Source of the DNA: Octopus vulgaris
Lineage: Eukaryota
DNA: 64,000 bases
Direction: 5' to 3'
Assembly: GCA_951406725.2 (NCBI GenBank)
Contig: OX597832.1
Coordinates: 1,550,001 to 1,614,000 of the forward strand
The notes beneath the pieces are model-generated. The model saw nothing but the letters and a program-made list of their open reading frames with translations, had not been told where the DNA came from and ran no database searches. Of the stretch, positions 25,826 to 39,838 are shown one piece after another; positions within the stretch are counted from its first letter, which is position 1, and each line of letters starts with the position of its first letter. The translations under genes were made by a program, and so were the position numbers.

Positions 25826-26389
25826 TTTAATCAGGCCTTGTACCTATAACAGAAAGGATTATAATATTATTGATAATTATCAATAATAATAAAACGCTTA
25901 GTTTTTTTTTGTACGTACCTGTGGTGTGTGTCACACTTACTTCAAAAGAATAGGTAAAAAGTTTGAAGGGAGAAGTACAAGGAAAAAGAGAAATAAAGCA
26001 TGTTAAACAGAGGAGATATACTTGAAGTGAGTGGCAAAGTGAAGAGAGGGACAGAAGCAGAAGAAGTACAGCTGAAGTGGGAGGCAAAGCGGGAAAGAGG
26101 AGGAAGTAAGAGAGAATGAGAGAGAGAGAGGGAGATTGACAGCGCTGAGTAGTAAGAGAAATATAACGCGTTAAACGCAGGAGGACAGTTAGAAGCAAGG
26201 AGACATAGAGGAAGGAGAGGGGAGGGATTGGAAAAGAGAGTGATGTAGAGAGGAAAATTTAGTGTGAGATAGATTTATTGAAAAAGCGAGTGGATAGAGA
26301 ATAATAGTGAAAGGGAATGGAACCATTCTTATACAGAAAACGCTGGAAAATTTCGTTGAAAATATGGAAATTGCAAACAGAAATGTTAC

Positions 26390-26428
26390 CAATCAATCAA
26401 TCAATCGATCAATCAATAAATAAATCTG

Positions 26429-26500
<72 letters not shown>

Positions 26501-26594
26501 CCTATCTGTCTGTCTATCTATCTGTCTATCTGTCTGTCTGTCTGTTTGTCTGTCTGTTTGCCTCTCTCTCTCTCTCAAACACATTCTCTCACCC

Positions 26595-26643
<49 letters not shown>
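26390..26643. repeat. (ATCA)/(ATCT)/(GTCT)/(CT)n compound microsatellite
   Basis: Seen directly. Confidence 0.9.
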
Positions 26644-26646
<3 letters not shown>

Positions 26647-26929
26647 AATAGTTGTGGATGTTACTGTTACTTTTCTACAGTTGAAGGGAGAAGTATAAAG
26701 AAAAAGAGAAACAAAAAGTGTTAAACAGAGGAGGAACCAGAGGAGATAGAGTTCAAGTGACTGGCAAAGTGGGAGAGAGGAGAGGGACAGAGAGGAAATG
26801 AGAGAGAAAGAGAGACAGTGAGAGAGATGGTGAGTGGTGTGGTGTCTAAAAGGAAGATGACGTCCCTTTTTTATTTTTAAATGTTTATCTGTATTTTCAG
26901 AGTAGACTGATGCATATATCGAAAGAAAA

Positions 26930-26974
<45 letters not shown>

Positions 26975-27167
26975 CATAGCTACATACACACATTGTTGAA
27001 TTAAAAGCGAGACAGAGGAGGAACAGAGACGAAGTGTTCTCAGAGTAGGCTGATACATACATCACAAGAAAAGTAGATACACAGATCGAAAGAAAAGTTG
27101 ATAGTCAAACACAAATAACTACAGCAAATATTAGATGTCACTTTCATTTTTCATTACCACGTAAAAT

Positions 27168-27405
27168 TAACACGCAAGTGGCCGAATTCTCCACAGCCAT
27201 GCATACCATAACGTAGTCTCACACAGAATGTGTCAAAGCTGGCTCCTTTGAATTACAGCTACAACTCATTTTTGCCAGCTGAGTGGACTGCAGCAAGTTG
27301 AAGTACAGTACCTTGCTCAAGAACACAGAACGCCGCTGGGAATCGTACTCATGACTTTACGATCGAGAGCTGAATACCCCTAACCATTGAGCCACGCGCC
27401 TTCAC
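27168..27405 (-). mobile_element. tRNA-derived SINE family C
   Basis: Minus strand: GGCGCGTGGCTCAATGGTTAGG (A-box), GAGTACGATTCCC (B-box), TGTGTTCTTGAGCAAGG. A related fragment lies at about 47170-47265. Confidence 0.7.
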
Positions 27406-27955
27406 TCTCTTAACCGTAGAGAAAAGGAGTGAAGTGATAGAGAGAGAGAAAGGAAAGCATCAGTCATTTAAAATAGCAGTTAGACTAAAATACGATCAAT
27501 CTTTTCTAGTTTCTTTACTTTTAACAATGAAGAAGAGGGAAATACATTTAGTAATGAATTGAGGGAAAGTCTTTCGGGTGTTTAGGTTTTCATTCTGGGA
27601 GTTCTAGTAGGATCGAGTGTTAGTTTTCTCTTCTTTCCCCCACCCTCGGTACTTATTCCCCTTGTTTGATAGTTCTTCATGCCTTTTAGTTGGGGTAGAG
27701 GAAACAACATGACATTTTTCCAGGCACGTTTAACGTTTTCTCTACAAACTACAAACAAGTCCCAACTCTTTTTTTTTTGGATACAAAAACTAATGCAAAT
27801 TTCGAACGGGGTATAGCTGTGGAAAGAACCTAGAAAAATGAGTAACACCCACTACAAAATGTGTGAGGGAGAAAAGTTGCCGACAGGTGGCTACACGAAA
27901 TTCAACTCCATACTTTAAAGGGAGTCGACCAAAGTCTGGTGAGTGGATTTGGTTG

Positions 27956-28016
<61 letters not shown>

Positions 28017-28221
28017 TTCCTTCACCACTATCGCCTAACAACCGATGTTGGTGTGCATCCCCGTAACTTAACTGAGAATAAGCACCATATAGTTATCGGT
28101 TTTACACTTCTTTCTATATTCTCTAAGTCATAATATAGTAATATTTCTCATGGCACCAGCACACAATTTACAGATGCTTATATTGTTTATGTTTTCCGTG
28201 AAGTTTTCACGGGTCCAGCTA

Positions 28222-28460
<239 letters not shown>

Positions 28461-28894
28461 GGCCATTAGCTTAGCATTCCACGCTGACCTTGCGCAGTGA
28501 TTTTTATAAAAATAACGCAGAATACTTTTGTTTACACATTTAAAATCTATGCCATCGTGAACAGCAGGTTGATTGCTATCGACTGGTGAGCTTCTTTTGT
28601 TGTTTTGTTCCCCAGTTGTGGGGGACAAGTCAATACAATTAATCTGTAGTCAACATAGAGAAACGCCTGAATGTGGTGACGCTCGTATGTGAGAGAGAGG
28701 GAGAAAGTGAGGAGCTTCACCAAATCAGAATACGTCACACTATCTAAGAAAGACGGAACTCTCGAGGAATCTGTCGCAAAACACCAATGGTTCCAATAAC
28801 AACAACACTCTTCAGCAAGCACAACAGACAAGAGAGGGAGAAACAAATAACATCAACGACGAAAGTATAAACAATGCAAAGCCTTTCGTGTGTG

Positions 28895-31800
28895 AATAAT
28901 AATAATAATAATAATTAATTCTTTTTATTGGCCACAAGGGCTGGCACACATGATTAGAAAACATAAAGGGACAAAACAGGACGAAAGGTTACAAAAGGTT
29001 TTGTCCGTTTTTCTAAAGAAGCTTTACAACAACGAAAAAATTTAACAATTTACAATACTCCCAATAGAGGAGATGCTTCGAAAAAAAGAAAAGGTTTCAT
29101 GTGGAAAAACCCATAAAAGCCAACGGGAGCCTGGTCAAAAGGGGGGTAGAGAGCCCCTTTCTCCTTTTATAATACCTTTTTTCATTACAGGCGAAACCTC
29201 AGAATTGACTCCGTTTATACTGGCCATTCTTTCACAATTCACCCACCTTTCAGAAAACTTGCTATCAGACAGCACTCTCCTCTCTAACCTCATCTTCCTT
29301 TTCAAGTGAAACTTGAAAAAGTTGATGAGGCCTTGACCAAAGAGGAAAGTGTCTGACTTTAGCCCTTTCAAACGGGTCCACCATACAACCTCTTTCGCCA
29401 CAGCCACTAGGCACAGGAAAACGGCCTTGCCCTCCTTGTTAAAGGAGGTCGGCGGGGCAATCTTCACTATGGATTCAGCTGATAGCCGGATCTGTCCTAT
29501 ACGTGACAGTAGCTGTTCGACATAAACCCATAGTTCAGCATTTCTCGGGCACTGGATGAGTGCATGCAGAACGGTTTCGTCGTCCTGGCAACACCTCGGC
29601 CCGGCTGACGGCACTTTCGTGCCGGTAGAGTTTATCCCGAACAGGCAGAGCCCCTCGGTAGCATTGCCGGGCGAGCGACCTCTGGAAATTATCCATTGGC
29701 CCCGGCCCGAAAGTCCTTCCGAACAGACCGCTCAGTTCGTTATCATCAACGCCTAGAGTTTCCCCGAGAACGTCGTCGCATTTTTCCTCCACTAACCCTC
29801 TATAGAACGCTAGAGTGGAACTAAAACCGATCGCATTTCCCGCCTGGTGGAGGGCGGAGAGAGCTTGACGGCACTCAAGGTGCCAAGCTCCCTTTCTCGG
29901 TCTACGTTTGATCCAGGTCTGCAGCTCTGTCAAAGAGACGAGCTGCGGAAAGTCGCGTCTGACAAAAGACGACCACACCTGTTCACCGTCTAGGAAACGC
30001 TTGAGAAGTCGCAGCCTGAGCGCATGTCTGCGCATCAGTAACCGCGGCATTCCAAGGCCTCCGTTCAGCGGTCGTTGACAGCAGATGGATCGCCTGACCA
30101 GTGGCACCTGACCCTTCCTCAAAAAGTCGAAGTGCAGGCGTACCAGCTTGGCCAACCAGCGGTCGGGACAAGGGACGATGGTCAAGCGGTAATAGATGAC
30201 GGATGCGATGTACGTATTCGCCACCTCAGCTCGACCTTTCAGGGACAGCTTCCTCTCGGCCCATTTCTGGGTGAGACGTGCCACCCTGCTCGTCACTTCT
30301 TCCCAGTTTTTATCCACCTGGAGGTCCGGACCGAACCAGACCCCGAGCAGTTTAACGGGTCCGTCTGTCCAGCGCCCTACGACGCTGTTGGACGGCATGG
30401 GCTTGCATCTCCAGGTGCCCAGTTGCAAGCCAACAGACTTTTCCGCGTTGATCTTTGCCCCTGTCACCGCTTCGTACTCGTTTAGTGTCTCGCTAATCAG
30501 GTCAATGTGCCTGTGGCTCGACACCATCACGGTGACGTCGTCGGCATAGGCAGACACGCTGTTTCCACCTCCTAGATCGCGCGGGATACCCCTCAAAGCC
30601 TCCAACTTGCGCAGTAATGGCTCGAGAGTCAATATGTACAAGAGGGAGGAGAGAGGGCATCCTTGGCGGACAGAACGCGAGATGTCGAACGGTTCCGAAA
30701 GGTGACCGTTTACCCGTATCACCGAGCAGATGTTGCTGTATAAAGCAGCGATCCACCCGCGGAAGACTGGACCGAAACCAGCTGCCTTGAGAACAGCTGC
30801 CAGGTACCGATGGTCGACCCTGTCGAAGGCTTTACTCTGATCTAAATTGATCAAAGCCCCACCCACGCCAGCGTTGTTACCCACCCTCTCTATGATGTAG
30901 CGCATGAGATGGAGGTTGTCGTGTATCGACCTGGTCGGCACGGCGCATGTCTGCGTCTTGCCAACCAGCTTGTCCACGACAAACGCCAATCTCTTGGCTA
31001 GCACCTTGGCCAAAATCTTCAACTCTGCATTGAGCAAAGTGATGGGCCGAAAATTCCCTATAATGTCCCCCTTGTTTGGGTCCATTTTAGCAAAGCCACC
31101 ACCCCTCGACAGACAAAAGCAGGAATTCTCCCGTTTTGCTGCCAGTTGCAGCAGACATTTGCCAACAGGCCCGCAAACAAGTCTGGCATTGAAGTGTAAA
31201 GCTCGTTGGGCAGAATATCCAAACCCGGCGATCTACCTCTCGTGCAACTCTTCATTGCTTCCTCCACTTCCCAGGCAGATATCGGTCCTTCGCAACACTC
31301 TGCCTCACTGTCCGAGAGTTGCGGTATGCCGTCCAGGTTCACACCGAAGTCTGTACCGTTGTCCGTTCCACCGCTCGTCCCAAACAGTTGAGCAAAGTGC
31401 CGCTGAAACACCGCACACATCTGCTTCGGTTCAGTAACCTCGCGCCCGTTCTCGTCCACCAAAGACCGAATGGTTGCTTTGCTGCCTCGCTTCGCCTCCG
31501 CCACGCGGGCGCATCGAGCGGCTCTAGTCCCCTCCCCGTTTAGCGAACGTGCCTTAGCTCTGACAACGCAGCCTTCGTGTTTGGTGTCAAAGTGTTGGTC
31601 GAGGGCCAACCTTGCCGCCAACACGTCGGTCGCGATGCCAGTCTCAAGAGCCTTGTCTAGTTTCTTAACTAAATCCCGCTCTCTCTTCCTACGTTCAATA
31701 GTCTTACTAAACCTAATCGACTCTACTCTAATTGCTCTCTTGAGGGCAAACCACCTGTTGTTGTTGATGATTGCCCCCGTGAGCGCCCGCTTGACTAGTA

Positions 31801-33478
31801 AACTAATCCGGTCTCTGTAAGCTTTGCACGCCGTTAACGACGCGTTCAGCTTCCAATAGCCGGGTCCCTGTCTATGTAGCCTATCTAAGTCGACCGTACA
31901 GATCACGAATTTGTGGTCCGTGTAGTCGACTAGGTGGAATTGTCGACACCCATGCTGTCCTTATCCGCTGGTCTACAAAACACTCTATCTAAGTACGATC
32001 TAGACGACCCGATGCGATTGGTCCAAGTCCACATTGGCACATTCGGTTTGTCTAGTCGAAACCTGTCGGACAGCAGAAAGCGTCCGAGTAGGTTGGCGAG
32101 GCTCTTGCACCCTCCTCTCCTATCAGATGCTCCCTGCCCACCCGATCGAAACGTTCGTCTAAGACAGCGTTCTAATCCCCAACTAGCACTAGAGTGCGTG
32201 ACGTTCCCAGGAAAACTTGCAGACGTTTGAAATAATCCGACTGCCCTGCTCCTGTCGGAGCGTAGGCAGCCAGCAGTCTGAAAGCACCGCCGTCACTACC
32301 GTCTACGTCGAGGACCACCAACTTACCTTCCGTATCCAGGAAGACTGTCCTTATTTTCAAGTCCAGGCCCTTCCGAAATAACACCGCAGTACCACCACCG
32401 CCCACTCCTGACCGGCACGGAGATAGATCTCGTATCTGCCGAAAAGGGCTGCGAGTTCCTGCGGGTCGGAGAGCCTGGTTTCACTAATGGCTGCTACATC
32501 CACATCATGAAACCTCAGGTCGTTTAACAGGTAACCCTGTTTCCAAGGTGACCCGAGGCCTCTCACATTCAAGCAACTGATTCTAAGTTTTGCCATGTTT
32601 CAAAGGTGACAAAAGATAAAAGGAGAAAAAGGCTCTACTTACTGTTGTTGTTGGTGGGGTGGCTCCCTTGTGCTTTTGTACGGGTGTTTCCACAATATTC
32701 TTATAAAGATTCTTCGAGAAACTTCTCCCTAGCGATCCGACATCGTTAGGGAATATGTGTTTTATGTCACTGTATGCTTTTTGGTTAATTTTAATGGTGA
32801 GAATGTGTGCTGGTGGTGTGTTGTGTGTAGGTATAATGAAATCTGTAATGTTTGTGCTTGTGTTGTCTTTTATATATGAAACTAGTTTTTCATTTTTTGT
32901 GTTTATGGCTGTAATCGTGTCTGTGTGTGTTGGTGTGTGTGGCAGTGGCAGTAGTGGTGTCGAAAATGTTGTTGTTTGTTGTTGTGAGTGTGTGTTGTTG
33001 TTGTTGTTGTTGTTGATGATGTTGGGAAGCACTATTTGTTCGTGCTTCCCCTGTGTGTCTTTTTGCTTCTTCCTCTTCTTCTTCTTCGGAGGCACTGTGT
33101 GCCACTCACCTTTCTCGGTGTCAGTGCTCGCACAATCCGAGCTGTCCTGATCCGGAAAGGGGATGGCTGTCGAGTCTGCTTCAGCAGCAGGGCGAAAAAT
33201 TGTTGGTTCTGCTGGTAGCGGTGGTGTTGCTGTATCTGTTGGTGATGGTGACGGTGTCGGTGATTCTTCTTGTTCCTTTTTTGTTGTTGTCTTTCTTGGT
33301 GCTGGGTTTGGTGTTGGTTTGGTGGATCCATAACTTACGTGGAAACCACGAGCGTGCTTTCAAGGGAGATAATCAGAGAAAGACTCGAAAGTAAAGTAAA
33401 TATAACAAATAATTCAGAATCCTTGTCCGGTACAGAATCGATCACAGAATGTAATCAGTTCGTGCTAGCCACGATGTG
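28895..33478 (-). mobile_element. Tx1/L1-clade LINE, near full length and lightly frameshifted
   Basis: Low-complexity ORF1 (33331-32583). ORF2 begins MAKLRISCLNVRGL at 32596 with AISETR, AYAP, LVGD, TDHK, GYWKLN; RT NFRPITLLN, LDQSKAFDRV, QGCPLS, YADD; C-terminal DETVLHALIQCP; AATAAA plus (ATT)n tail. Confidence 0.95.
29535..31085 (-). pseudogene. Reverse transcriptase segment of Tx1-like ORF2 (516 aa open)
   Basis: All core RT motifs in one frame, flanked by frameshifted endonuclease and C-terminal segments. Confidence 0.9.
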
Positions 33479-33479
33479 A

Positions 33480-33598
33480 GACATGCCTGAGAGTTTCATT
33501 CGAATTTACGCAGTAGTTCTTGAGATATCTTGTCCTGGAACAAACCAACAAACACGACAGAAAACAATACCTCCACCTTCGCTAAGGCGGTGGTAATA
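33480..33598 (-). mobile_element. 5' end of a short non-autonomous element (HINE/Helentron-like)
   Basis: Minus strand: ATTACCACCGCC-TTAGCGAA-GGTGGAGGTATTGTTTTC..GTTTGTTGGTTTGTT..GATATCTCAAGAACTACT..ATGAAACT. A similar motif lies at 6059-6092. Confidence 0.45.
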
Positions 33599-35285
33599 AT
33601 CGTTTCTTTATAGGCTACAAGGGTATATGTAAATAGTACAAGGACTGGTAAAAATGTGAAAAATACAAAGGGGTTTCTGTAAGTATACAGAATTACAAGA
33701 AAACAAGGAGATAATATTTCATCTATGAAAATTATCCAACACAGGGGAGACCTCTCAGGGACATTCCTAGAAACCCATGAAAAGTATGGTCACCCCTTAC
33801 ACAATTATCCTCCCCGTTCACTCCACCTCCAAGCTGAAAGCTCATTTTCAGACTAAGCTCGTTCACTTGGACGATGTTGGCTACTCTTGCTAATTCTTGC
33901 TCCTATTACCGGCTTGAATTTCGTTAGGGCGGCACCGATTACCTCGATGTGCTCGGTATCCGACGCTACTACGGTAACATTGTCTGCTAATGCCGATTCA
34001 AATCATACGCATCCTATTCTAGTGGGATATCCCTCAAAGTCCTTAGTTTTCACAATGGACCTAGATTTACTAGAAATAAAAATGTAAGAAACGAGAATGG
34101 ACAACCTTGGGGAACCGGGCGCATGATACTGAACCTTTCGTTAAGTGACCACTTACCCTGACCACAAAGCCTATGTCATTGTACATTGCAGTGATCCAAT
34201 CCCTGAAAATAAGATCGAAACAGGTAGCCTTAGCATGCCAATCCAACCATCGATTAAAGCGCCAACCTCTTCCATAACACCTAAACCAAAAACTATGCGT
34301 TTTGGACCGAAATTTTCATTGTGGCCCACTCTCTTCAGTCATTTTTTCAGCTCACAGAAATGGGCATTCTCTCATCCTGTTACCAGTTGCAGTAGACATC
34401 TGCTAAAAGGTCTCCGAATTGGTCTGACATCCAAATGGTCAGACCATCCAAATCAGGTGATTTCCCCTCGTGAAGACAGACATGGCTTCCCTTATTTCAG
34501 TGGCAGATATCGGTCTTTCACAACACTCAGCCTTTTCTGTTGAGAGAGGCGACTGGCCTTTGGAGTAGCTCATCATGCACTCCAACCGAACACTTGAGCA
34601 AAATGCCACTGAAAAAAACGCTGCTGGAATCGAGTAACACATGCTCATCGTGGTTCACAAAGACCGAATTGTGGGTTTGTACATCTGTCATACTTTGGTT
34701 CTGACAGCGCAGCCTTCGTGCTTTGCATCGAAGAATTAATCTCAGGACTAATTTCTCTGCAAGCACGTCGGTCGCGACGCTTGTCCCAATCACCACTTCT
34801 AGATATCTAACTACTCTAATCGCCTTTTCAGAGTGAGCCGCCACTTTTTGTCGACGATTGTCTCCGACAACACCCGCCAAATTCACTAATCCGGTCCCTG
34901 TAAACTTGATGTTCAGGAAAGACACTTTCACCTTCCAGTAACTGAGTCCCTGCGTATGAAATCTAAGGTTGACCTTACATATTACAAATTTGTAATCTGT
35001 GTAACCTAGCGCTTTAGAAACGGGACAGCTTCTGCTACTACTATCTACTGACTTACATAAAATTCCATTACGGTACGATCGAAATGGCGCATTCAGGAAA
35101 TACATTCGGTACTTGTCAGACAACTAAAAACGGCTGAGCGGGTTTGCAAGGGTATTTCATGCCTCTCTGCTATCGGCTAGCCCCACACAGACCCTGTGTA
35201 CATCCAAGATGTTGTTCCAATCATCCACTAGCACTAAAGAGCGTGACAGTCTTAGGACGGCCTACAGACGCTTGAAGAAATTTGT
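33595..35285 (-). mobile_element. Older Tx1/L1-like copy with large internal deletions
   Basis: GYTDYKFV, SYWKVK, AECCERPISATEIREAM, QGCPF, SALADNVTV remnants, homologous to 28900-32300. Confidence 0.8.
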
Positions 35286-36035
35286 CCATCGTTACTTCGG
35301 ACGAGTTAACAGAGGCGCAGTCCCGGCAGCGGCGGCGGCGGCAGCCACAACTACAACAAGACGCGGTGAAGAGTTTAAGTGTGCGAAACAACGAACGAAC
35401 GGACCTGACGACGCGCACGGGCGCGAGGAGCGAGTGCGTACGAGCTAGCGCATATGCTACAGGGATGTGAGACAGAGAGAGAATGCAGCAGCGAAAGCGA
35501 GGGCGTTCACATTGCGGACGGACGAGGTAACACCGGTGGCGTATCGAGGACTCATCGGCCGTACAGGGTCAAGAGACACGTACTTGCGTCGGTGAATACA
35601 AAGTGGAACAGAGTGATGAGAATTATTCTTCCTCCGTAACCTCATCCGAGCAGCAATCTTTTTAGTTGCTCTCGTCGCCTGATGAGATTTTCACATGGGA
35701 AAGATCCAATGTGGGTGACAGAAGTTTATTTTCGTGTGTGTCCACGTGAGTGTTTGTGTTTGAAAAGGGGGTAAAGAGGAAGAGTAAAAAAGAGAGTCAT
35801 GTTGTTAGAGTTGGTATTGATGATAGTCAAGCTAGTATTGTTTGAGTTGAGGTCAGAGGCAGTATAGTGGGCGAGTGTTCTTGAGCCGCTGATTTTAAAC
35901 ATTAAATTTTACGATATGCTGAAATATTTGCTGTATGGGAGATGAACCTTAGGGCCCACACTCAGTGTCCCCTCCTCACATAATCAAGTATGGGTTGATG
36001 TTTAACGGAATGTTTTTTTTAATTAAACAAAACAG

Positions 36036-36185
36036 GTGCAGGCATAGCTAAATGGTTAAGAAACTCGCATTCCAACCACGTAGTTTCGGGTTTAGTTTCA
36101 CTGTACGACACCTTGGATGTCTTCAACTATAGTCCTGGGTCGACCAATGCTTTGTAAATGAATTTGGTAGAGGGAAACGAGTGGG
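36036..36185 (+). mobile_element. SINE family A head, diverged
   Basis: GGCATAGCTAAATGGTTAAG..GGGTTTAGTTTCAC..TGTCTTCAACTATAG..GAATTTGGTAG. Confidence 0.7.
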
Positions 36186-38200
36186 AGCGTGTATTTGAAT
36201 CAATAGGTTTGTGGATCACATCCAGGTGTTCAGTAAACTACAAATGGAGCTGGTTTTAGAATACACAGCAGTAATAATAACGTATCCACAAAGTTTTACA
36301 GCATCAAAAAATTAACTTCTGCAATTTTAACAACAGTATCAAAATCATTAAGAGTTACAAAAAATGCTTCCACGATAGCAATATCGACAAATTCGTAGAC
36401 ATAATCAACAACAATAGCAAGTATATTAATGCTGTGTCAACAACTTTCAAAACTTCGATCACAAAATCAAATCGTTAACAACCACTTTTATATCAACATT
36501 AACAACGATAGCAACAACAGACAATAATAAAATCTCAAAACATAATCTGAAAATACAACTAGCAACAATGATAAAAAAAACTTAACCTCATGAACAGCTA
36601 CAATCAACAATGATGACGTTCAATAAAAAGCAACAGCAGTAATAAGGAACAAAAAGCAAGACAAACAATAACAAAAATGACGAATGTCAATAAAACTACA
36701 TCATTACACGACGAAAAATGAAAAACGAAGGCTAGAATAAACAATAACAATAAAAATTTAAAAACCACAAAGTACAACAATAGCAGCAACTATGTCCACT
36801 ATCAAGTAATCCTGGGCAAGAACAGCTATTAACAATATAATAAAGTTTTCTTCTAATCAGAATGGTGCAGTTGATTTCCTCGTCTAGTATTTTAGAAATA
36901 AATCTCAATTCACAGATAAGATGTAAATGAAGGAAAATAAACATGCTGAAACAAATTTGCTAAATAGCTGATTAAAGGGAAATGTGTAATTGTGGATGAG
37001 TGTGCTTGTATGTATGTGTGTGAGAGAGAGAGAGAGGGGTACAGAATAGGAGAGAGAGAGACAATAATCTGTTAGGCACACAGCAAAATTTAGGGAGTCA
37101 ATAACATGAAGCCAGCAACATCATTGAGGGAAGATATGGACATCACAACTTTCGATTTGTTACATCGAAAATGGTCCATACATCTAATCAAATAGAAACA
37201 AATATGAACGGAAAATTTTAATTCATCAACGAGGGTTACTCAGCTAGCTACTCACCAAGCCGAAGATTCTTTAATTAAATAAAGGTTACATCGTCGTTTG
37301 GGAATCCCAAGTTAACTCACCGAAGATATAATTTGAAATGAGTGATGAAGCCGGAAGAACAAAAAAAAGTAAAATAAAAACAAACGGTTGAAGAAATAAA
37401 ATGGTCAGTAAGTAAAAAAAGTGAACGGATCAAATATTTGGGAGTGGGGAATCGTATAAAGTTGTTTGGTGTTCTAATATTTCCACTTGAATTTCTTCTA
37501 TGATAGCATGTACTTTTTTTGAGCTATTTTAAAAATATATTTCCTTAACTTTGTGATCTCTTTATGTCTTACGTTTTGCATATGTGGATATGCGTGCACG
37601 CATGCATATTTATGTTGACTAAGAGCGCGCAGAAAGTACGCGTATACCATAAAAGTTTGAATTTTAACCACTTATCAACAAATCGGAAGACACAATTTTC
37701 GTGTGTTGACAATATTGCAAAACCTCTAAAAATGTTCTTTTTTGATAAATAAAACGAATTTAATGAAAACAAATAAAATAACATTTCGAATTTTTAAGGA
37801 TGAAAATATTTCATGGAAGGAAATGAAAACTTTATATAACATTTAAGGAAACCTTTCGGAAAAAAAGAAGAAAAAAAACCTCTTATAAGCAATTTTTTTT
37901 CCAAGATGTCACAAATCTCATATCTGCGGCACAGCATGAACTCGCAGAATTATGAGTTAATCATTGAATGACGAGGGCCACAGCGCCGTTTTTCTTCTCG
38001 TTTGAGGCAAATCCAAATGCTTTCTTCTTGTTGCGTGAAGATCCCGTCCAGCGATTACCAAAATGAACGTTGAGGTTCCCTGTTCTATGCCAAAATTGAT
38101 ATCTTGCTCTCTGTCACAAGCGCAAGTATGCTCACCACTCGAATATGCAATGTACTCGAATGTACTACTTTAGTGTGTCACAATTACAACATTAGATTAC

Positions 38201-38246
<46 letters not shown>

Positions 38247-38273
38247 CAAAATAAGCAACAAGAATGACTCCGG

Positions 38274-38366
38274 TAATTTAGTACGATCGTTTCGTACTAC
38301 ATCATTTTATTAAATGTTGTAAGTATTACAACAGATTTAAGATGCTGATTACACATCAGCCAATTA
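38274..38366 (-). ncRNA. Type I hammerhead in the PLE 3' pLTR (A9->U variant)
   Basis: Minus strand: AATTGG-CTGATGT-GTA..long hairpin TGTTGTAA/TTACAACA..TAC-GAAAC-GATC-GTA-CTAAA. Palindromic stem III ACGATCGT. Confidence 0.7.
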
Positions 38367-39684
38367 TAGAGGTTTTCCATTAATACAAAAATTTTCAATT
38401 CAAGTGGCAACATTATAGAGAAGGCAGATATATAGACAAAGATGTGGATTTAAATTTTAAGAACATATGAGGTAGTGGAGTACCTCCTCTGACTGACTAA
38501 GATTTGGTTGTTTCAGACTGCTGTAAGGTTGTGAGAGTGAGAAGTAAGTTGAAGGAAGCAATGAAGATTTTCTAATTGTAGAAATGGGGTAAAGGGGGTT
38601 TCAGAACTCCATAAAAAGAATTCATGTTGAAGACAGCAATTGTCACTACTAAATGCCAATTACTACTATTTGATGAGAGAACTAGGTCAATGTCAAGTGG
38701 TCCCAATCACATTCACAGAGAGTGTAATTTAGAGAAAAAAAGGGAAAAAAAAGACTATTACTTATTACGAGTAGGCATAGTACTTTTTAACTGGGGAAAT
38801 CCTTATTAATTTTAAAGCCAGTTTAATTTTAGAAAAAAAGAATTCAATTTCAAGTTTGCTGTGAAGTTTTTTAGTCATCTATGAATGTTAAATTGAAAGC
38901 CAGTATGGTATATTCCTTCTTATTTGATTATAAAGAATTAAAATTTGAAAAATATAGGAGTACTCACAAAATTATTATTTAAAGTATTTAAACGTTCGGG
39001 TTGTACGATGTATACAAGATGCCTTCAACCCCAGACGGTTATTCAACAGATTTGTATTACTCTGATGTTTTAAAATTTCATAAGTTTCCATAGAACAAAG
39101 TTTATAACCATCCCTACTATTTCTATAAGGTTGCGCCCTTCTTACTATATCCCATTTTAAGTTGAATTCTATATTATTTGTTTTTAATTCCCAAATTTTG
39201 CTAGATAGTGTTGTGCAACCTGCTTTATGTTTGAGCCTAAAAGAGGAAAAATGATTGTTAAGACGTCTTTTAAGATCCACCGAACAACCGAAATAAAGAA
39301 ATCTATTGCTAGAAGTTATTATCGTACATTTATAAATTACGTTTTGAACCGAACAACGACCAGATACCGGACATTTTGATCTAATCCTACAATTACAACT
39401 GGGGAGATAGTGTTCGGTACAGGAATTATTTAAGGACAGTTCACTTTCATTACTGTTATTTAAATTATTATTAGTATTAGTATTATTTTCATTAGGTTAC
39501 TAGTTATTAATCCATCCTCACCATCCTTACCTACCATACTTTTGTCTATACTACCTATATTATTGGTATTATTATTATCACTATTTACATCAATGTTGTT
39601 ATTATTATTATTATTATTGTCATCATCATTATTAATATTATTTTTATTATTACCATTCTTCTTCTTCTTCTTCTTCTTCTTCTT

Positions 39685-39838
<154 letters not shown>

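Noticed and set aside
35669-35710. CTGATGA-GATTTTC..GAAAGATC as a hammerhead
   Set aside because: The GAAA is consumed within the stem, and no stem I or III can be formed.
36270-36830. CAA/AAT-rich stretch as a coding region or structured array
   Set aside because: Degenerate trinucleotide low-complexity sequence with no regular repeat-spacer pattern; no CRISPR-like array is visible anywhere in the window.
39340-39400. Selenocysteine recoding, as reported for some Naiad PLEs
   Set aside because: All four linker Cys codons are TGT; no in-frame TGA is visible at conserved Cys positions.
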